Assembly: GCA_963677485.1 (NCBI GenBank)
Contig: OY781964.1
Location: forward strand, 1,632,001 to 1,696,000
Direction: 5' to 3'
DNA: 64,000 nt
DNA from: Armatimonadota bacterium
GTDB lineage: Bacteria; Armatimonadota; HRBIN16
Below, in pieces: positions 18,700-28,849 of the stretch (position 1 is the first letter of the stretch; each line of letters opens with the position of its first letter). Under the pieces are notes generated by a model, which was given only the letters and a program-made list of their open reading frames with translations, did no database searches and was not told the origin of the DNA. Made by a program: the position numbers and the translations under genes.

Positions 18700-20529
18700 C
18701 TAGAACTTCACGCTCAACTGGGCAACGGCAACGCCGCTCGTGCTGTTCGCAGCGCCAACATAGCTGGCGGTGGAGGTGCGCACGTCAATCACTTGATACA
18801 TCAAGCGAAGGGCGGTGTTCTCGGCCAGGTTCAGGTTGCTGCTCAGGGTGATAAGAGCCTCAGATGGCTTCTTGTCGGAGTCAGCAAGCTTCCAAACTAC
18901 GGTGTCGTAGTCCAGGCCAAGGTTCAGGTTCTCGTTAACAGCATAGCTAAGCTTTGCGTCGACGTGGGTAAGGTTGGTGCTGGGGGTAAGCATAGGTCGA
19001 ATACCCTCATACCAGCCGCCGTTCACATTGAGGCCGAGCTTGCCGGCATTCCAATTGATCGCAGCGTCTACACCCTTAAGACCGGTGGGGTTAATCCAGC
19101 GGCCCATGCGGCCCCAGTCACCAGCGGCCACGAAGTCCGGCTGAACTTCACGGTAGCCGGCCTTCAGGCCCAGGCTGTCGTTGATTGCATAGCTAGCACC
19201 AGCCAAAATGGCATAGTTCTTGCTGTTCATTTTCTGAACGTCGTTCTTGTTCAGGTTGCTCTGTGCGAAGTCAGCATAAACATCAACTGCTCCGAAGAGG
19301 TTGTTAGCCTTGAGGCTTCCACCGAATGTTTCCAGTCGGTTGTCCACACCACCACCGAGAACGGGGGTGCTGTAGCCAGAAGCGACATAAGCGGCACTCA
19401 GGCTGATGTTTTCGCCGAAGTTCAGGCCCATGGTCACGCCAGCGGTCTGATCGAGTTCCACAACAGGTGCAGGAGTGGAGCCGATGATGCTTGTGTTCAA
19501 CATCATGGACATGAAGTTGTCGCCATTGTTGCTCGTGACGGTGTTGTTCTTACCAGCGAACATGCCGAGGGACACTGGGCCAAAGCTGGTGGCGAGTTTA
19601 GCGCCGTCCATGCTGTAGTTGCCATTGTCAAATGCGGCGATGTTTACATAAGCGTCGTTGTCAACACGCTTCAGGATGAGCGGGCTCACCTGATTCTCAT
19701 AACGGCCAACGGTTACGTCAATTGCCTTGCCGAATACGGAGATGGGCAGGTTGGCTGCAGCCTTCCAAATCACGATGTCGGTGTTGGGGCTGCTGTTGTA
19801 ACCACCAAACTGAGAAGCACTGCCTTCTAGGTAAGGAAGGTAGTTGCTGATCAGCAGAGTAGCGCTACCTGTGGCGGTGTCGCTCAACTTAGCGTCGAGG
19901 TTCAGGGCCAGGTTATGCAGCACGTCTACGTTGGAAAGCAGGCCACCGGCGTAGGTTTCTACACCATTCAGGTCAGCAGTTGTGCGGTTGCTGAAGCTCT
20001 GGGTGCCGCGGACGATGAAATCCAGGTCAGCACTGATCTTCAGCTTAGCCATAGCGGCCTCGATGGCAGCTACGCGCTTCTGTAGGTCAGAGTTGTCCTT
20101 CTTCAGGGCTTCCACGTCTACACCAAGAGCGGCCAACTCGTCCTGGAACTCCGTGGCAAGCTTCTGCAGCTTGGCACTGTCAGCGGCGAGCTTTGTGAGC
20201 TCAGCGGTGACTTTGGGGTCCGTAACCGTCTCAACTTTGTTGATGACGGTGGGGGCGACTGCCGGCTTGTTAGCTGCAGCTTCGAGTGCAGCAATCCGGG
20301 TCTTCACGGTGCTCAGAGCATCGCGAATGGCCAGTGCAAACTCGTAGCGTGTCAGGTTGCGATTGCCCTTGTAGGTCCCATCCGGATAGCCCTTCACAAT
20401 TCCATCATTCGTTAGTTCGGTGATGGCGTCGTAGGCCCAATGTCCGGTCGGAACGTCAGGGTAGGTCTGGGAAAATGCTGCTGTGCTTAAAAGAACAACT
20501 GCTCCCAGGCTAATCAGGATTCGGTTCAT
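18700..20529 (-). CDS. SLH-domain outer-membrane beta-barrel protein, paralog E
   Basis: SLH, stalk, AQLSVKF; most similar to D. Confidence 0.92.
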   Translation of the reverse strand: MNRILISLGAVVLLSTAAFSQTYPDVPTGHWAYDAITELTNDGIVKGYPDGTYKGNRNLTRYEFALAIRDALSTVKTRIAALEAAANKPAVAPTVINKVETVTDPKVTAELTKLAADSAKLQKLATEFQDELAALGVDVEALKKDNSDLQKRVAAIEAAMAKLKISADLDFIVRGTQSFSNRTTADLNGVETYAGGLLSNVDVLHNLALNLDAKLSDTATGSATLLISNYLPYLEGSASQFGGYNSSPNTDIVIWKAAANLPISVFGKAIDVTVGRYENQVSPLILKRVDNDAYVNIAAFDNGNYSMDGAKLATSFGPVSLGMFAGKNNTVTSNNGDNFMSMMLNTSIIGSTPAPVVELDQTAGVTMGLNFGENISLSAAYVASGYSTPVLGGGVDNRLETFGGSLKANNLFGAVDVYADFAQSNLNKNDVQKMNSKNYAILAGASYAINDSLGLKAGYREVQPDFVAAGDWGRMGRWINPTGLKGVDAAINWNAGKLGLNVNGGWYEGIRPMLTPSTNLTHVDAKLSYAVNENLNLGLDYDTVVWKLADSDKKPSEALITLSSNLNLAENTALRLMYQVIDVRTSTASYVGAANSTSGVAVAQLSVKF

Positions 20530-20645
20530 GATTGTTGGTTCCTCCGTTTCAGGTGTACTGAAAGCTGAGTAGATTTGGGTGTTGTGCCCAAATATGAGTT
20601 AGAACCAGCCGATGTCTCTTCACCGGAACCGGAACCACAATTTTA

Positions 20646-20671
20646 CAAGAGCCTGCCAGGGTTACCTCTTG
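20646..20671 (-). promoter_or_regulatory. Conserved 5'UTR hairpin of SLH gene E
   Basis: minus strand CAAGAG-GTAA-CCCTGGCAGG-CTCTTG. Confidence 0.6.
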
Positions 20672-21069
20672 CCATTGTGTTTCTTAATCCGGATCAGATG
20701 CTTAGGCTGGCTCTAATCTCCTGAGTGTGCTCCCCGTCCGCTGATCTCGAAGATCGACCCTACTCCACAGAAGGGGCGGATGGCGACTGCCCATTACACA
20801 AGACACACCAAAGGAATCTTACCACCTATTATTGGGGTAAGCAAGCTAAAATAACAGCAGAATCAAACATATTGGCATATATTTGTGAATATTTCATAAA
20901 TTCACCCTAAAATAGCTCTAAACACGACTGCAATATGGCACAGATGCGCCTGAATACTAGGTACAATCACTATTTCTATAGGAAGCGGGGGTGGTGATAT
21001 CCGCGAGCCGTATACAAATTGTCGCATGTCTTCCGCGGATCATCGGTGTGCTAAAATGAGCTCAGAGGT

Positions 21070-22011
21070 GTGATGCAGATGGGCCAACAACTAGTAGAAT
21101 GTGTGCCGAATGTCAGTGAAGGCCGGAATCAATCGGTCATCGCACAAATGGCGGATGTCGTTCAAAACACATCAGGTGTCACATTGGCCAACATACACTC
21201 TGACCCAGATCACAACCGCACAGTATTTACCTTCTACGGTACCCCAGACAGCGTGAAGCAAGCTGTCATCGCCCTGGCGCACCAATGTGTAAGGCTGATC
21301 GATATGACCAAACACGATGGCATGCACCCATGCCTCGGTGCCCTGGATGTGTGCCCGTTTGTGCCCATGCAGAATTGCCCAATGGCGAGTTGCATTGAGT
21401 TGGCGCGGTCAACCGCCGAAGCCATTTCGGAAGCCGTGGGCGTTCCATGTTACCTTTATGAGCATGCCGCCCTCAAGACAGACCGAAAGGCGCTGCCTGT
21501 GATTCGCAAAGGCGGATTCTCAGGGCGTGTAGGCCAACCACAGCAGGATGCATTAGCACCAGACTATGGGCCATCTCTCTTGCACCCCACCGCAGGGGCA
21601 TCAATAGTTGGGGCGCGATGGCCACTCGTGGCATATAACATTAATCTGGCAGGCCCCTACCTCAACGAAGCACGGCAGATCGCCCGGCAGGTGAGGCAAG
21701 AGCGAAACACCAATCCGGCGTTAACAGGGGTACGAGCCCTGGGTCTTCTGCTGCCATCCAAAAACCAGGCACAGGTCAGCATGAACCTCACGCAGCCCAA
21801 CAAGACGCCCATAGAGGGCGTCTATAAATATATATGCGGGCTGGCCCACTCATTGGGTGTAGCGACCGCCGATGCCGAACTGGTCGGATGCCTGCCAATT
21901 TCGATGCTGCAAGATGCCCTGAAGCAGGCCTTCGGCTGGCCATGCATTGACATCGGTCAGATACTGCCCATCGAACTGGGTGGCGCAGGAACGGAAACAG
22001 ATCTCTCATGA
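21070..22011 (+). CDS. ftcD: Glutamate formimidoyltransferase
   Basis: LVECVPNVSEGR, DPDHNRTV, IDMTKHDGMHPCLGALDVCPFVP, VGARWPLVAYNINL, AQVSMNL. Confidence 0.93.
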   Translation: MMQMGQQLVECVPNVSEGRNQSVIAQMADVVQNTSGVTLANIHSDPDHNRTVFTFYGTPDSVKQAVIALAHQCVRLIDMTKHDGMHPCLGALDVCPFVPMQNCPMASCIELARSTAEAISEAVGVPCYLYEHAALKTDRKALPVIRKGGFSGRVGQPQQDALAPDYGPSLLHPTAGASIVGARWPLVAYNINLAGPYLNEARQIARQVRQERNTNPALTGVRALGLLLPSKNQAQVSMNLTQPNKTPIEGVYKYICGLAHSLGVATADAELVGCLPISMLQDALKQAFGWPCIDIGQILPIELGGAGTETDLS

Positions 22012-23252
22012 GCCATATCGCCGATCTCTGGAAAAACTACACAGCGAGTATCCCAGCAGATCAAATGCATCTTCTCGTGTTGCTGGCGATCATCGGAACT
22101 GCGCTGCTGGTGGCCAAACTACTGGGCGAACTCTGCGAACGCATCGGCCAGCCAGCCGTACTGGGGGAGCTTCTCGCCGGGCTGATTTTGGGTCCATCGG
22201 TCATCGGCATGATTCGAACCGGCGGAAGCATGGGGCATGAGCTGATGCTTTTTGCCGAAATCGGCGCCATTTTTCTGCTGTTCGAGATCGGCATGGAGAC
22301 CGACCTGCGTGACATGGCTAAAGTGGGTAAACAGGCCATGCTTGTGGCCATGGTAGGTGTGGCGGTGCCCATGGTATTGGGGTATGGTGTGGCTTTATGG
22401 CTGCTGCCTGAGGGAGCCAACGCCAATATCCGGGCACTGTTCATCGGGGCGACATTAGCGGCCACAAGTGTGGGAATCACGGCACGTGTTTTAGCGGACA
22501 TGGGCATATTGAAGCGAGCCGAAAGCCAGGTGATTCTGGGTGCTGCGGTGATAGATGATGTGATTGGGCTGGTGATACTGGCCGTGGTCAGCGGGTTGGC
22601 CACCGATGGAGGGGTGAGTGCATTCGCCATCACCCGGACTATTGTCATCGCCGCGTTGTTCCTGGGAGGGTCGATCTGGCTGGGATTATGGCTGGGGCCC
22701 AAAATAGGCAAGCGTGTCCGCGGCATGAAAGTCCGGGCGGCTTACACCACTTTTGTTGTTGTCTGCCTGTTGTTCATGGCTTCTGCGGCGCAGTTTGCAG
22801 GGCTGGCGGTCATCATTGGGGCTTTTGCTGCGGGTCTGATTGTCAATAGATCATCACACAACCATGTGGTTCACGAAAGGCTGTCCGCGGTAGGCGATAT
22901 TTTCACTCCGCTCTTTTTTGTGATGATGGGTGCGCAAATGGATTTAAGAAGCCTGACATCGGCTGGTAATGTGCTAGGTTTGACCATTGCTTTAATATTC
23001 GTGGCTGTGTTGGGCAAATTGGCAAGCTGTTTACCACTGATTCGCAGTAAAATGCAGATACTACTGGTTGGTGTGGGCATGATACCCCGCGGAGAAGTGG
23101 GAATTATCTTTGCAACTATCGGTATGAAGGCTGGGGCTTTCGATCACACGCTATATACTGTCATACTAATACTGGTGATGTTTACCACGCTGATTACACC
23201 AGTATGGTTAAAAAAGCTGGTAGCGGCGCCTTCAAACGCGCTTGACGCTTGA
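22008..23252 (+). CDS. CPA2 cation:proton antiporter (NapA-like)
   Basis: GQPAVLGELLAG, ATSVGIT, AAVIDDV, GMIPRGEV; ATGA overlap with ftcD. Confidence 0.93.
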   Translation: MSHIADLWKNYTASIPADQMHLLVLLAIIGTALLVAKLLGELCERIGQPAVLGELLAGLILGPSVIGMIRTGGSMGHELMLFAEIGAIFLLFEIGMETDLRDMAKVGKQAMLVAMVGVAVPMVLGYGVALWLLPEGANANIRALFIGATLAATSVGITARVLADMGILKRAESQVILGAAVIDDVIGLVILAVVSGLATDGGVSAFAITRTIVIAALFLGGSIWLGLWLGPKIGKRVRGMKVRAAYTTFVVVCLLFMASAAQFAGLAVIIGAFAAGLIVNRSSHNHVVHERLSAVGDIFTPLFFVMMGAQMDLRSLTSAGNVLGLTIALIFVAVLGKLASCLPLIRSKMQILLVGVGMIPRGEVGIIFATIGMKAGAFDHTLYTVILILVMFTTLITPVWLKKLVAAPSNALDA

Positions 23253-23343
23253 CGTAAAGAAAAAGGCTATGATACCATTCGACTGGTAATATGGTATTAT
23301 CGCCGAATCGGCATCAGCTCCTCGGGAGGACTGTGTACGTAAC

Positions 23344-24903
23344 ATGAGAGCATATTGGACCGCACCGATCTCCGCTGCCACTGTGGTGGCCCTTTCGCTG
23401 GGGCTTGCCTCTGCGAGTTTCGCACAGCGGGTTCCGTTCAGTATTCTGCGACCGCGTGACGGCGCGATGGTGAGAGGTGACGTCACAGTCACTATACCCA
23501 AAGCTAGCGTTCCGGACGGATCCTACCTTACCCTATCAATCAATGGTAAGTTTCTCCAGGCGTTTTACCCGGAAGGCGGAAGCAAATCCGACACCGTGCA
23601 ATACACCTGGGACACCAAACAGCCACTCTCTGGCAAGCCGGTAGCAGATGGAGACTATACAATTAGTTTCAAACTGTTCAGCAAAGATCAGCCTAAACCT
23701 GTTGACAGCACGGAAGTTCGTGTGCGCGTAGCCAACAAAAGCGGCATCTTTGTTGATAGCGGACTTAATAGCGGGTATCGCCGTAATGCAGATGGCACGA
23801 TATCTGTGGCCTCACAAGGAGTAATGTTAAAATACTACTTCACGCCTGGCAACACCATGAAATTCAACATGGATAACGGGCTGTTAGGCATACCCCAAGG
23901 TACCCAGACAGATAACCCTTCGCTGGATACCACAGGCAAGCGCAAACTTTACAGCTCCAAGCTGCAGCATATGTTTCTGCCAATTGGCAAAGGCATGCTG
24001 CCAAACAGGGGCGACAACCTGGCCGTAGTCAGGCAGCAGAGGATTACCACTAAAGAGACGGTAGGCGATTCCGCTCCTGTCACATCAAGCACGAATGCTT
24101 ACCTGCCGTTGACCCAGTTCATGGCTTACAGTGGCGATGCTGTGTATACATTAACGCAGAAATCCGCTGACCCCAGCCGATACCCTGTCGTCAATCTACC
24201 CTTGATGCCTGAGCGGATTGTTGCTCCTGGGGCTAAATGGAACATGAGCTTGATGCTCAGTCGACCAGACAAGACCGACGCCACCATCACTCGCATTCCA
24301 GCGACTGCCTCGGCGGTTGGTTACGAATGGGAAAACAACCTGCCCTGTATGCGCATTGAAGTGACCGCTGATCGACCACAGCCTACCGCAAAACCGGGCT
24401 TTGGTGAAGAGTTGGTCAAGCGTATGCAGTTTGAAGGCACAATCTGGTACGGCATTACTGTAGGCAAAGTGGTCCGCTTTGACGGCGCACTCACTGTCAC
24501 TAAGGACAAGAAAGACGATACCGCGGAAGATGACCCTAACATACGCGGTTTCAACACCGGCGGTACTGGCGGAGGCATGACCATGCCTAGCGGCGGCGGC
24601 GGTATGTCAATGCCCAGTATGCCCAGCGGTATGTCGATGCCCGGAATGACCGGCGGGAGCGTGATGTCTCCAAGGTCACCATCCGGCGGTGGGACAACCG
24701 GCCCAAGTATGCCAGGCAGCATGTCAATGCCCGGTAGGGGTGGCGGCGCGATGTCTATGCCTGGAATGGGCGGCGGTGCGATGTCGATGCCCGGTATGGG
24801 CGGCGGCATGTCAATGCCCGGTAGGGGTGGCGCATCTGCTATGGGCACCAGCTACTCCGAAATCGGCATACTCATCTATCAGTTCAGTATGAAACTTCAG
24901 TAA
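23344..24903 (+). CDS. Secreted hypothetical protein with Ig-like N-terminus and Met/Gly/Pro-rich tract
   Basis: Signal peptide, YTWDTK...VADGDYTI Ig-like motif, repeated GGMSMPG. Confidence 0.75.
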   Translation: MRAYWTAPISAATVVALSLGLASASFAQRVPFSILRPRDGAMVRGDVTVTIPKASVPDGSYLTLSINGKFLQAFYPEGGSKSDTVQYTWDTKQPLSGKPVADGDYTISFKLFSKDQPKPVDSTEVRVRVANKSGIFVDSGLNSGYRRNADGTISVASQGVMLKYYFTPGNTMKFNMDNGLLGIPQGTQTDNPSLDTTGKRKLYSSKLQHMFLPIGKGMLPNRGDNLAVVRQQRITTKETVGDSAPVTSSTNAYLPLTQFMAYSGDAVYTLTQKSADPSRYPVVNLPLMPERIVAPGAKWNMSLMLSRPDKTDATITRIPATASAVGYEWENNLPCMRIEVTADRPQPTAKPGFGEELVKRMQFEGTIWYGITVGKVVRFDGALTVTKDKKDDTAEDDPNIRGFNTGGTGGGMTMPSGGGGMSMPSMPSGMSMPGMTGGSVMSPRSPSGGGTTGPSMPGSMSMPGRGGGAMSMPGMGGGAMSMPGMGGGMSMPGRGGASAMGTSYSEIGILIYQFSMKLQ

Positions 24904-24957
24904 AATCACATCAGGGGAGCGTGAACCCACGCTCCCCACAGAAAGCTACACACACTT

Positions 24958-25740
24958 TTGGCAAGTCACACACCCCGGGAACATGAGCTGATCGACCATC
25001 TCACCGAACTACGCAACCGGATACTGCGTATCCTCATCGCAGTGATTATCGGATGGATCATCGGATGGCTGCAGTTCACGCCCGCATACGAAATTCTGTA
25101 CCGCCCCCTGGAAGAACCGCTTAAACAAGTAGCCGGAAAGCTAGTGTTTATGCATCTTTCCGATGGGTTTTTCTTAAAGGTACAGCTCTCGTTTGTACTG
25201 GGGCTGCTATTGGTCATGCCCTATATTTTGTACGAAATATGGGCTTTTGTGGCTCCTGCTCTCACTGCCCAAGAGCGTAAAGAGGCGAGTTGGTTCCTGC
25301 CCTTTTCCGCATCCTTGTTCTTCCTGGGCGTTGGTTTGGGTTACTGGATGCTGCCAGCCGCATTCAACTGGTTCATCAGCTACATTAAAGATTTCGGCGC
25401 AGGCAGCGCTCAGTTGTTCCAGAACCCGCTGCAGTTTGTGCTGCTTACCGTTAAAATACTTCTGGCATTCGGCGTGTCTTTTGAACTTCCGGTCGTCATC
25501 ATACTGGCGGCAAAACTGGGCCTGGTCACATCGGCCAAGCTGAATACCTACTGGCGCCACGCCATTGTTGTCATCGCCACATTCGCGGCGATCATCACGC
25601 CCACCTCTGATCCGCTATCTATGACAATCCTAACCGTGCCGATGGTGGTGCTCTACTTCCTTACGATCACCATCGTCAAGGGCATTGAGACGCAAAAAGC
25701 CAAGGCACAAGCCAAGGCTGCCAAACTGCAGCAATTCTGA
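24958..25740 (+). CDS. tatC: Twin-arginine translocase subunit C
   Basis: LIDHLTELRNR, YEIWAFVAPAL, FGVSFELP, AAIITPTSDP; TTG start. Confidence 0.95.
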   Translation: MASHTPREHELIDHLTELRNRILRILIAVIIGWIIGWLQFTPAYEILYRPLEEPLKQVAGKLVFMHLSDGFFLKVQLSFVLGLLLVMPYILYEIWAFVAPALTAQERKEASWFLPFSASLFFLGVGLGYWMLPAAFNWFISYIKDFGAGSAQLFQNPLQFVLLTVKILLAFGVSFELPVVIILAAKLGLVTSAKLNTYWRHAIVVIATFAAIITPTSDPLSMTILTVPMVVLYFLTITIVKGIETQKAKAQAKAAKLQQF

Positions 25741-25806
25741 TATCTGTTATCATGATGGTGTATACGAAACGACACCCAATCAATGTACAAATGAAGGATA
25801 TCACTT

Positions 25807-26088
25807 ATGGAAGCGCCGACCTACCACATTCTCATTGACCAGGAGCCTACTGGCGGATTTTGCACCATCGCACCCGCTTTTCCTGGTCTTGAAGGGCATG
25901 GCGATACAGAAGATGATGCCGTGCAATCATTAGGTGAGCTCATATACACCGAACTCGAATTATGCATCTCCAATGGCAAACCGCTGCCTGAGGACGTTGA
26001 CGACTCTTGCCTGGACGATGAAGAAGAAGAAGATGGTGCCGAATGGGCTACCATCACCATTGACGGCCTCCCTGAAGGGGACCTTTAG
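25807..26088 (+). CDS. HicB-like protein with acidic tail
   Basis: GGF..APAFPGLEGHGDTEDDA...GKPLPED pattern. Confidence 0.7.
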   Translation: MEAPTYHILIDQEPTGGFCTIAPAFPGLEGHGDTEDDAVQSLGELIYTELELCISNGKPLPEDVDDSCLDDEEEEDGAEWATITIDGLPEGDL

Positions 26089-26129
26089 CACGCCCTGACG
26101 CCACATGACCGCGAAACACCCTGCCAAAG

Positions 26130-28388
26130 ATGAACCAAGGTTTACGCACATCACAAGGGGACCAAATGAGAGATAATTCATCACAAAACCTCACATGGAA
26201 GCATTGGCTGCTGGCGGCGGTTTGCTTTAAGTTATTAGGGCTGGTTATCCTCTTCAGTTGCTTGTTTCAAGGCCGAATATGGCTGCCCACAGGTTTGCTC
26301 CATCACGTGATACCCGGCGTGCATGGGCCCACCCTCCCATGGAATGTACTGGGATGGGATGGGATGGCGCAGTTCGGCTCCTGGCGGATATGGTCTGGTC
26401 AGTGGATTTCCCATGGTGTGCTGCCGCTATGGAACCCCCACCAATTCGGCGGATATCCCTTGTATGCCAACTCTCAGTCCGCTCTTTTCTATCCGTTTAA
26501 CTCGGTTTTTGCCTTAGTTGGAGCGGGTGGCTTCGCGGTCACCGCTTTGATTCACATGATCATCGCCGGGTTGGGCGTATGGGCACTAGTTTGTTCCGCG
26601 GCCCGGTGCCGGTGGAGTGCAGGTATCGTGGCGGGAGCCATATTCATCCTGTCTCAGTGGTATATATCCTGGCAGTTTTTGCCTACCCTGCCCCAGAGCG
26701 CCAGTTGGATACCATGGATGCTGTATGCCGTGTGGATGCTCTGTCAGAAGCCAACCCCCGGTGCCGTCGCACTGCTAGGTGTCTCTGGAGCGATGTGCAT
26801 GTTGGCGGGTCACCTTCAGATTGCGTTTTGCGGTGTGATCGGCTCCCTCGTGATGGCACTGTGGCACCTCAATTGGAATGATCTGCGACGAGCTGGCGCA
26901 TCGATAGGCGCCTGTATCGGGGCCGGAGTATTGGCCTTCAGTCTGGCTGCCCCGCAATTGATACCGGCGGCAACCCTGGGCGGTCAGTCTAGCCGGAACA
27001 GTGCCGCCACCGAGGCAGGCTATCAAGCCTATGTTCAGGGTGGCGTCGCTCATGATATGTGGGGTATGCTGGCCTCACCCATGCTTTACGGCGATCCCAA
27101 CACAGGGTCGACAACCCAGCCTCACGCCAGCAGTTATGTTGGCACCATGCCTGCACCCGAGGCTGCGAGCTTCGTGGGAATCTGCGGACTGTTTATGGGA
27201 CTTGCGGGTCTATTTTTAAGAAAGCAACCCGGCCGAGGAGCCATGTTAAGCATCGCCGCACTTGCGATGTTACTGGCCAGTGGTTCTATCGTAAACAAGC
27301 TATTCTACTTTGGTATACCGGGTTTTGCCAGCAGCGGCTCACCTGGCAGGTCGTTGGTGTTGTGGGCACTAGGGCTGGCCGTGCTGGCCGGTTACGGCTT
27401 TGACGAATTGTGGCGTGTGGAGCGGAAAAGCGCCCTGTTGACCATCGGATTGGCACTGGCAGCCACAGCAGGAGCCATGGTATGCGGATCGTCCAGTATC
27501 CTTTCTATCACAACCCTTAGCGCGGCTCAAATGTGGCCCTACATCATGACCACTATGAGCACCAGCATACTGCTTGTGCTTATGCTCGCACTATGCAGTT
27601 CGCTGCCGATCATTGGCCGATCACTGGCGATACCGCTCTGTTGCCTCATTGTGATCGGTGAGCTGCTGTACTCCAGTGCGTCACTTAACCAGTCTGGCAG
27701 CCGCGAGCAGCTATATCCTGCGAACTCGGTAGTGAAGCAGCTTCAGCAACTGACACGTCAAGGTGAGCGAATCTATGTGGAGCAAGGCAGTTGGAGTTTA
27801 TCGACCTCACCAAAAGCGGTACTGCCCCCCAACCTCGCCACCATCTATGGGCTGTATGACCTGCAAGGCTACGACAGCCTGGCACCATCAAGTGCAAAGA
27901 GAATGCTTGACCGCATCGCTCGTCGTGACAGTGCCCCGCCAGAGAACGGCAACATGCAGCTTGGGTGGCCTGGAGCCGATAGAGAGCGTTTGCGCGAGAT
28001 GGGGGTCGGAGCCATCGTGCGATGGACGTCTAGCGGGCCAGTAGTCGAACGGCTTGCACATCCACGCTCCATCATTCAACAAGGTGACGTTGATCTACCG
28101 TATGAATGGAAAAGCCCCAACCAGATCAATTTCAAACGGCCGGCAGACAAAGGGCAGTTGCTGTTCGCGGCCCCCTTCTATCCCGGCTGGCAGGCTCAGT
28201 TGGCGTCCGGCAAGCTAGTGGCACTCAGGGGGTTTTCAAATGACCTGGTGGGACTGCCAGACGGTGAAGGCGTGGTGAGGCTACTGTTTCGCCCTGCAGA
28301 CCTTCGGGTTGGGTATGTTCTAGCGGGATTCGGTTTGGTCGTTTTGGTCACATTGCTGCTGCTGCAGCAAGTGAAGCTGCGAGCGTAG
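26130..28388 (+). CDS. YfhO-like polytopic membrane glycosyltransferase
   Basis: LPLWNPHQFGGYPLYAN, LAGHLQ, LQGYDSL, FYPGWQA; many TM segments. Confidence 0.8.
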   Translation: MNQGLRTSQGDQMRDNSSQNLTWKHWLLAAVCFKLLGLVILFSCLFQGRIWLPTGLLHHVIPGVHGPTLPWNVLGWDGMAQFGSWRIWSGQWISHGVLPLWNPHQFGGYPLYANSQSALFYPFNSVFALVGAGGFAVTALIHMIIAGLGVWALVCSAARCRWSAGIVAGAIFILSQWYISWQFLPTLPQSASWIPWMLYAVWMLCQKPTPGAVALLGVSGAMCMLAGHLQIAFCGVIGSLVMALWHLNWNDLRRAGASIGACIGAGVLAFSLAAPQLIPAATLGGQSSRNSAATEAGYQAYVQGGVAHDMWGMLASPMLYGDPNTGSTTQPHASSYVGTMPAPEAASFVGICGLFMGLAGLFLRKQPGRGAMLSIAALAMLLASGSIVNKLFYFGIPGFASSGSPGRSLVLWALGLAVLAGYGFDELWRVERKSALLTIGLALAATAGAMVCGSSSILSITTLSAAQMWPYIMTTMSTSILLVLMLALCSSLPIIGRSLAIPLCCLIVIGELLYSSASLNQSGSREQLYPANSVVKQLQQLTRQGERIYVEQGSWSLSTSPKAVLPPNLATIYGLYDLQGYDSLAPSSAKRMLDRIARRDSAPPENGNMQLGWPGADRERLREMGVGAIVRWTSSGPVVERLAHPRSIIQQGDVDLPYEWKSPNQINFKRPADKGQLLFAAPFYPGWQAQLASGKLVALRGFSNDLVGLPDGEGVVRLLFRPADLRVGYVLAGFGLVVLVTLLLLQQVKLRA

Positions 28389-28491
28389 GGATTATCGGGC
28401 CTGGCGCGTAGCACGCATACGGAGCAGAATCCGGCGGATGGGACGGGTGCGACAGATAGTAATGGCGGGCAAACACGGCAGATCGTGGCGT

Positions 28492-28603
28492 GGGCGGGGA
28501 GACCCCGCCCCTACGGTGGCCACATCAGATCGTAGGGGCGGGGTCTCCCCGCCCTCACGTTCGTCCCGGCGATTACGAGAAGGGCGGTTCGCGAACCGCC
28601 CCT
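28492..28603. repeat. REP cluster; the last REP is interrupted by IS110
   Basis: gggcggggagaccccgcccctac / gtaggggcggggtctccccgccc doublet, then gggcggttcgcgaaccgcccct. Confidence 0.85.
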
Positions 28604-28617
28604 AGTACGCTATATAT

Positions 28618-28814
28618 GGTGAGCTCCCCGGACACCAAAAGCAGTCGGGGAGCTAATCTCACCCCTTAGCTGGGGGTGAAGGAGAAGGATTGGATGCCGG
28701 AACCGCCCCTGGTGGAAAACACCGTGACGTAGATAGGCATCCTTCTCCCAATCAACCCATATCGAACAGTATCTTGGGAGAAAACCCCGTGTTCGCTAGG
28801 CTGATTTGGTTGAT
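28618..28814 (+). ncRNA. Bridge RNA of the IS110 element
   Basis: Target loop 28681-28748 (AACCGCCCCT, GTAG) and donor loop 28751-28814 (ACAGTATCT, CTAG), each with closing stem and inner hairpin; ends approximate. Confidence 0.85.
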
Positions 28815-28849
28815 TGCACCATCAATCACTACCAACTGGAGATTACCAC

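Noticed and set aside
9600-20529. Diversity-generating retroelement or invertase shufflon acting on the SLH array
   Set aside because: No reverse transcriptase, no adenine-specific repeat pair, no adjacent site-specific recombinase; all genes co-oriented
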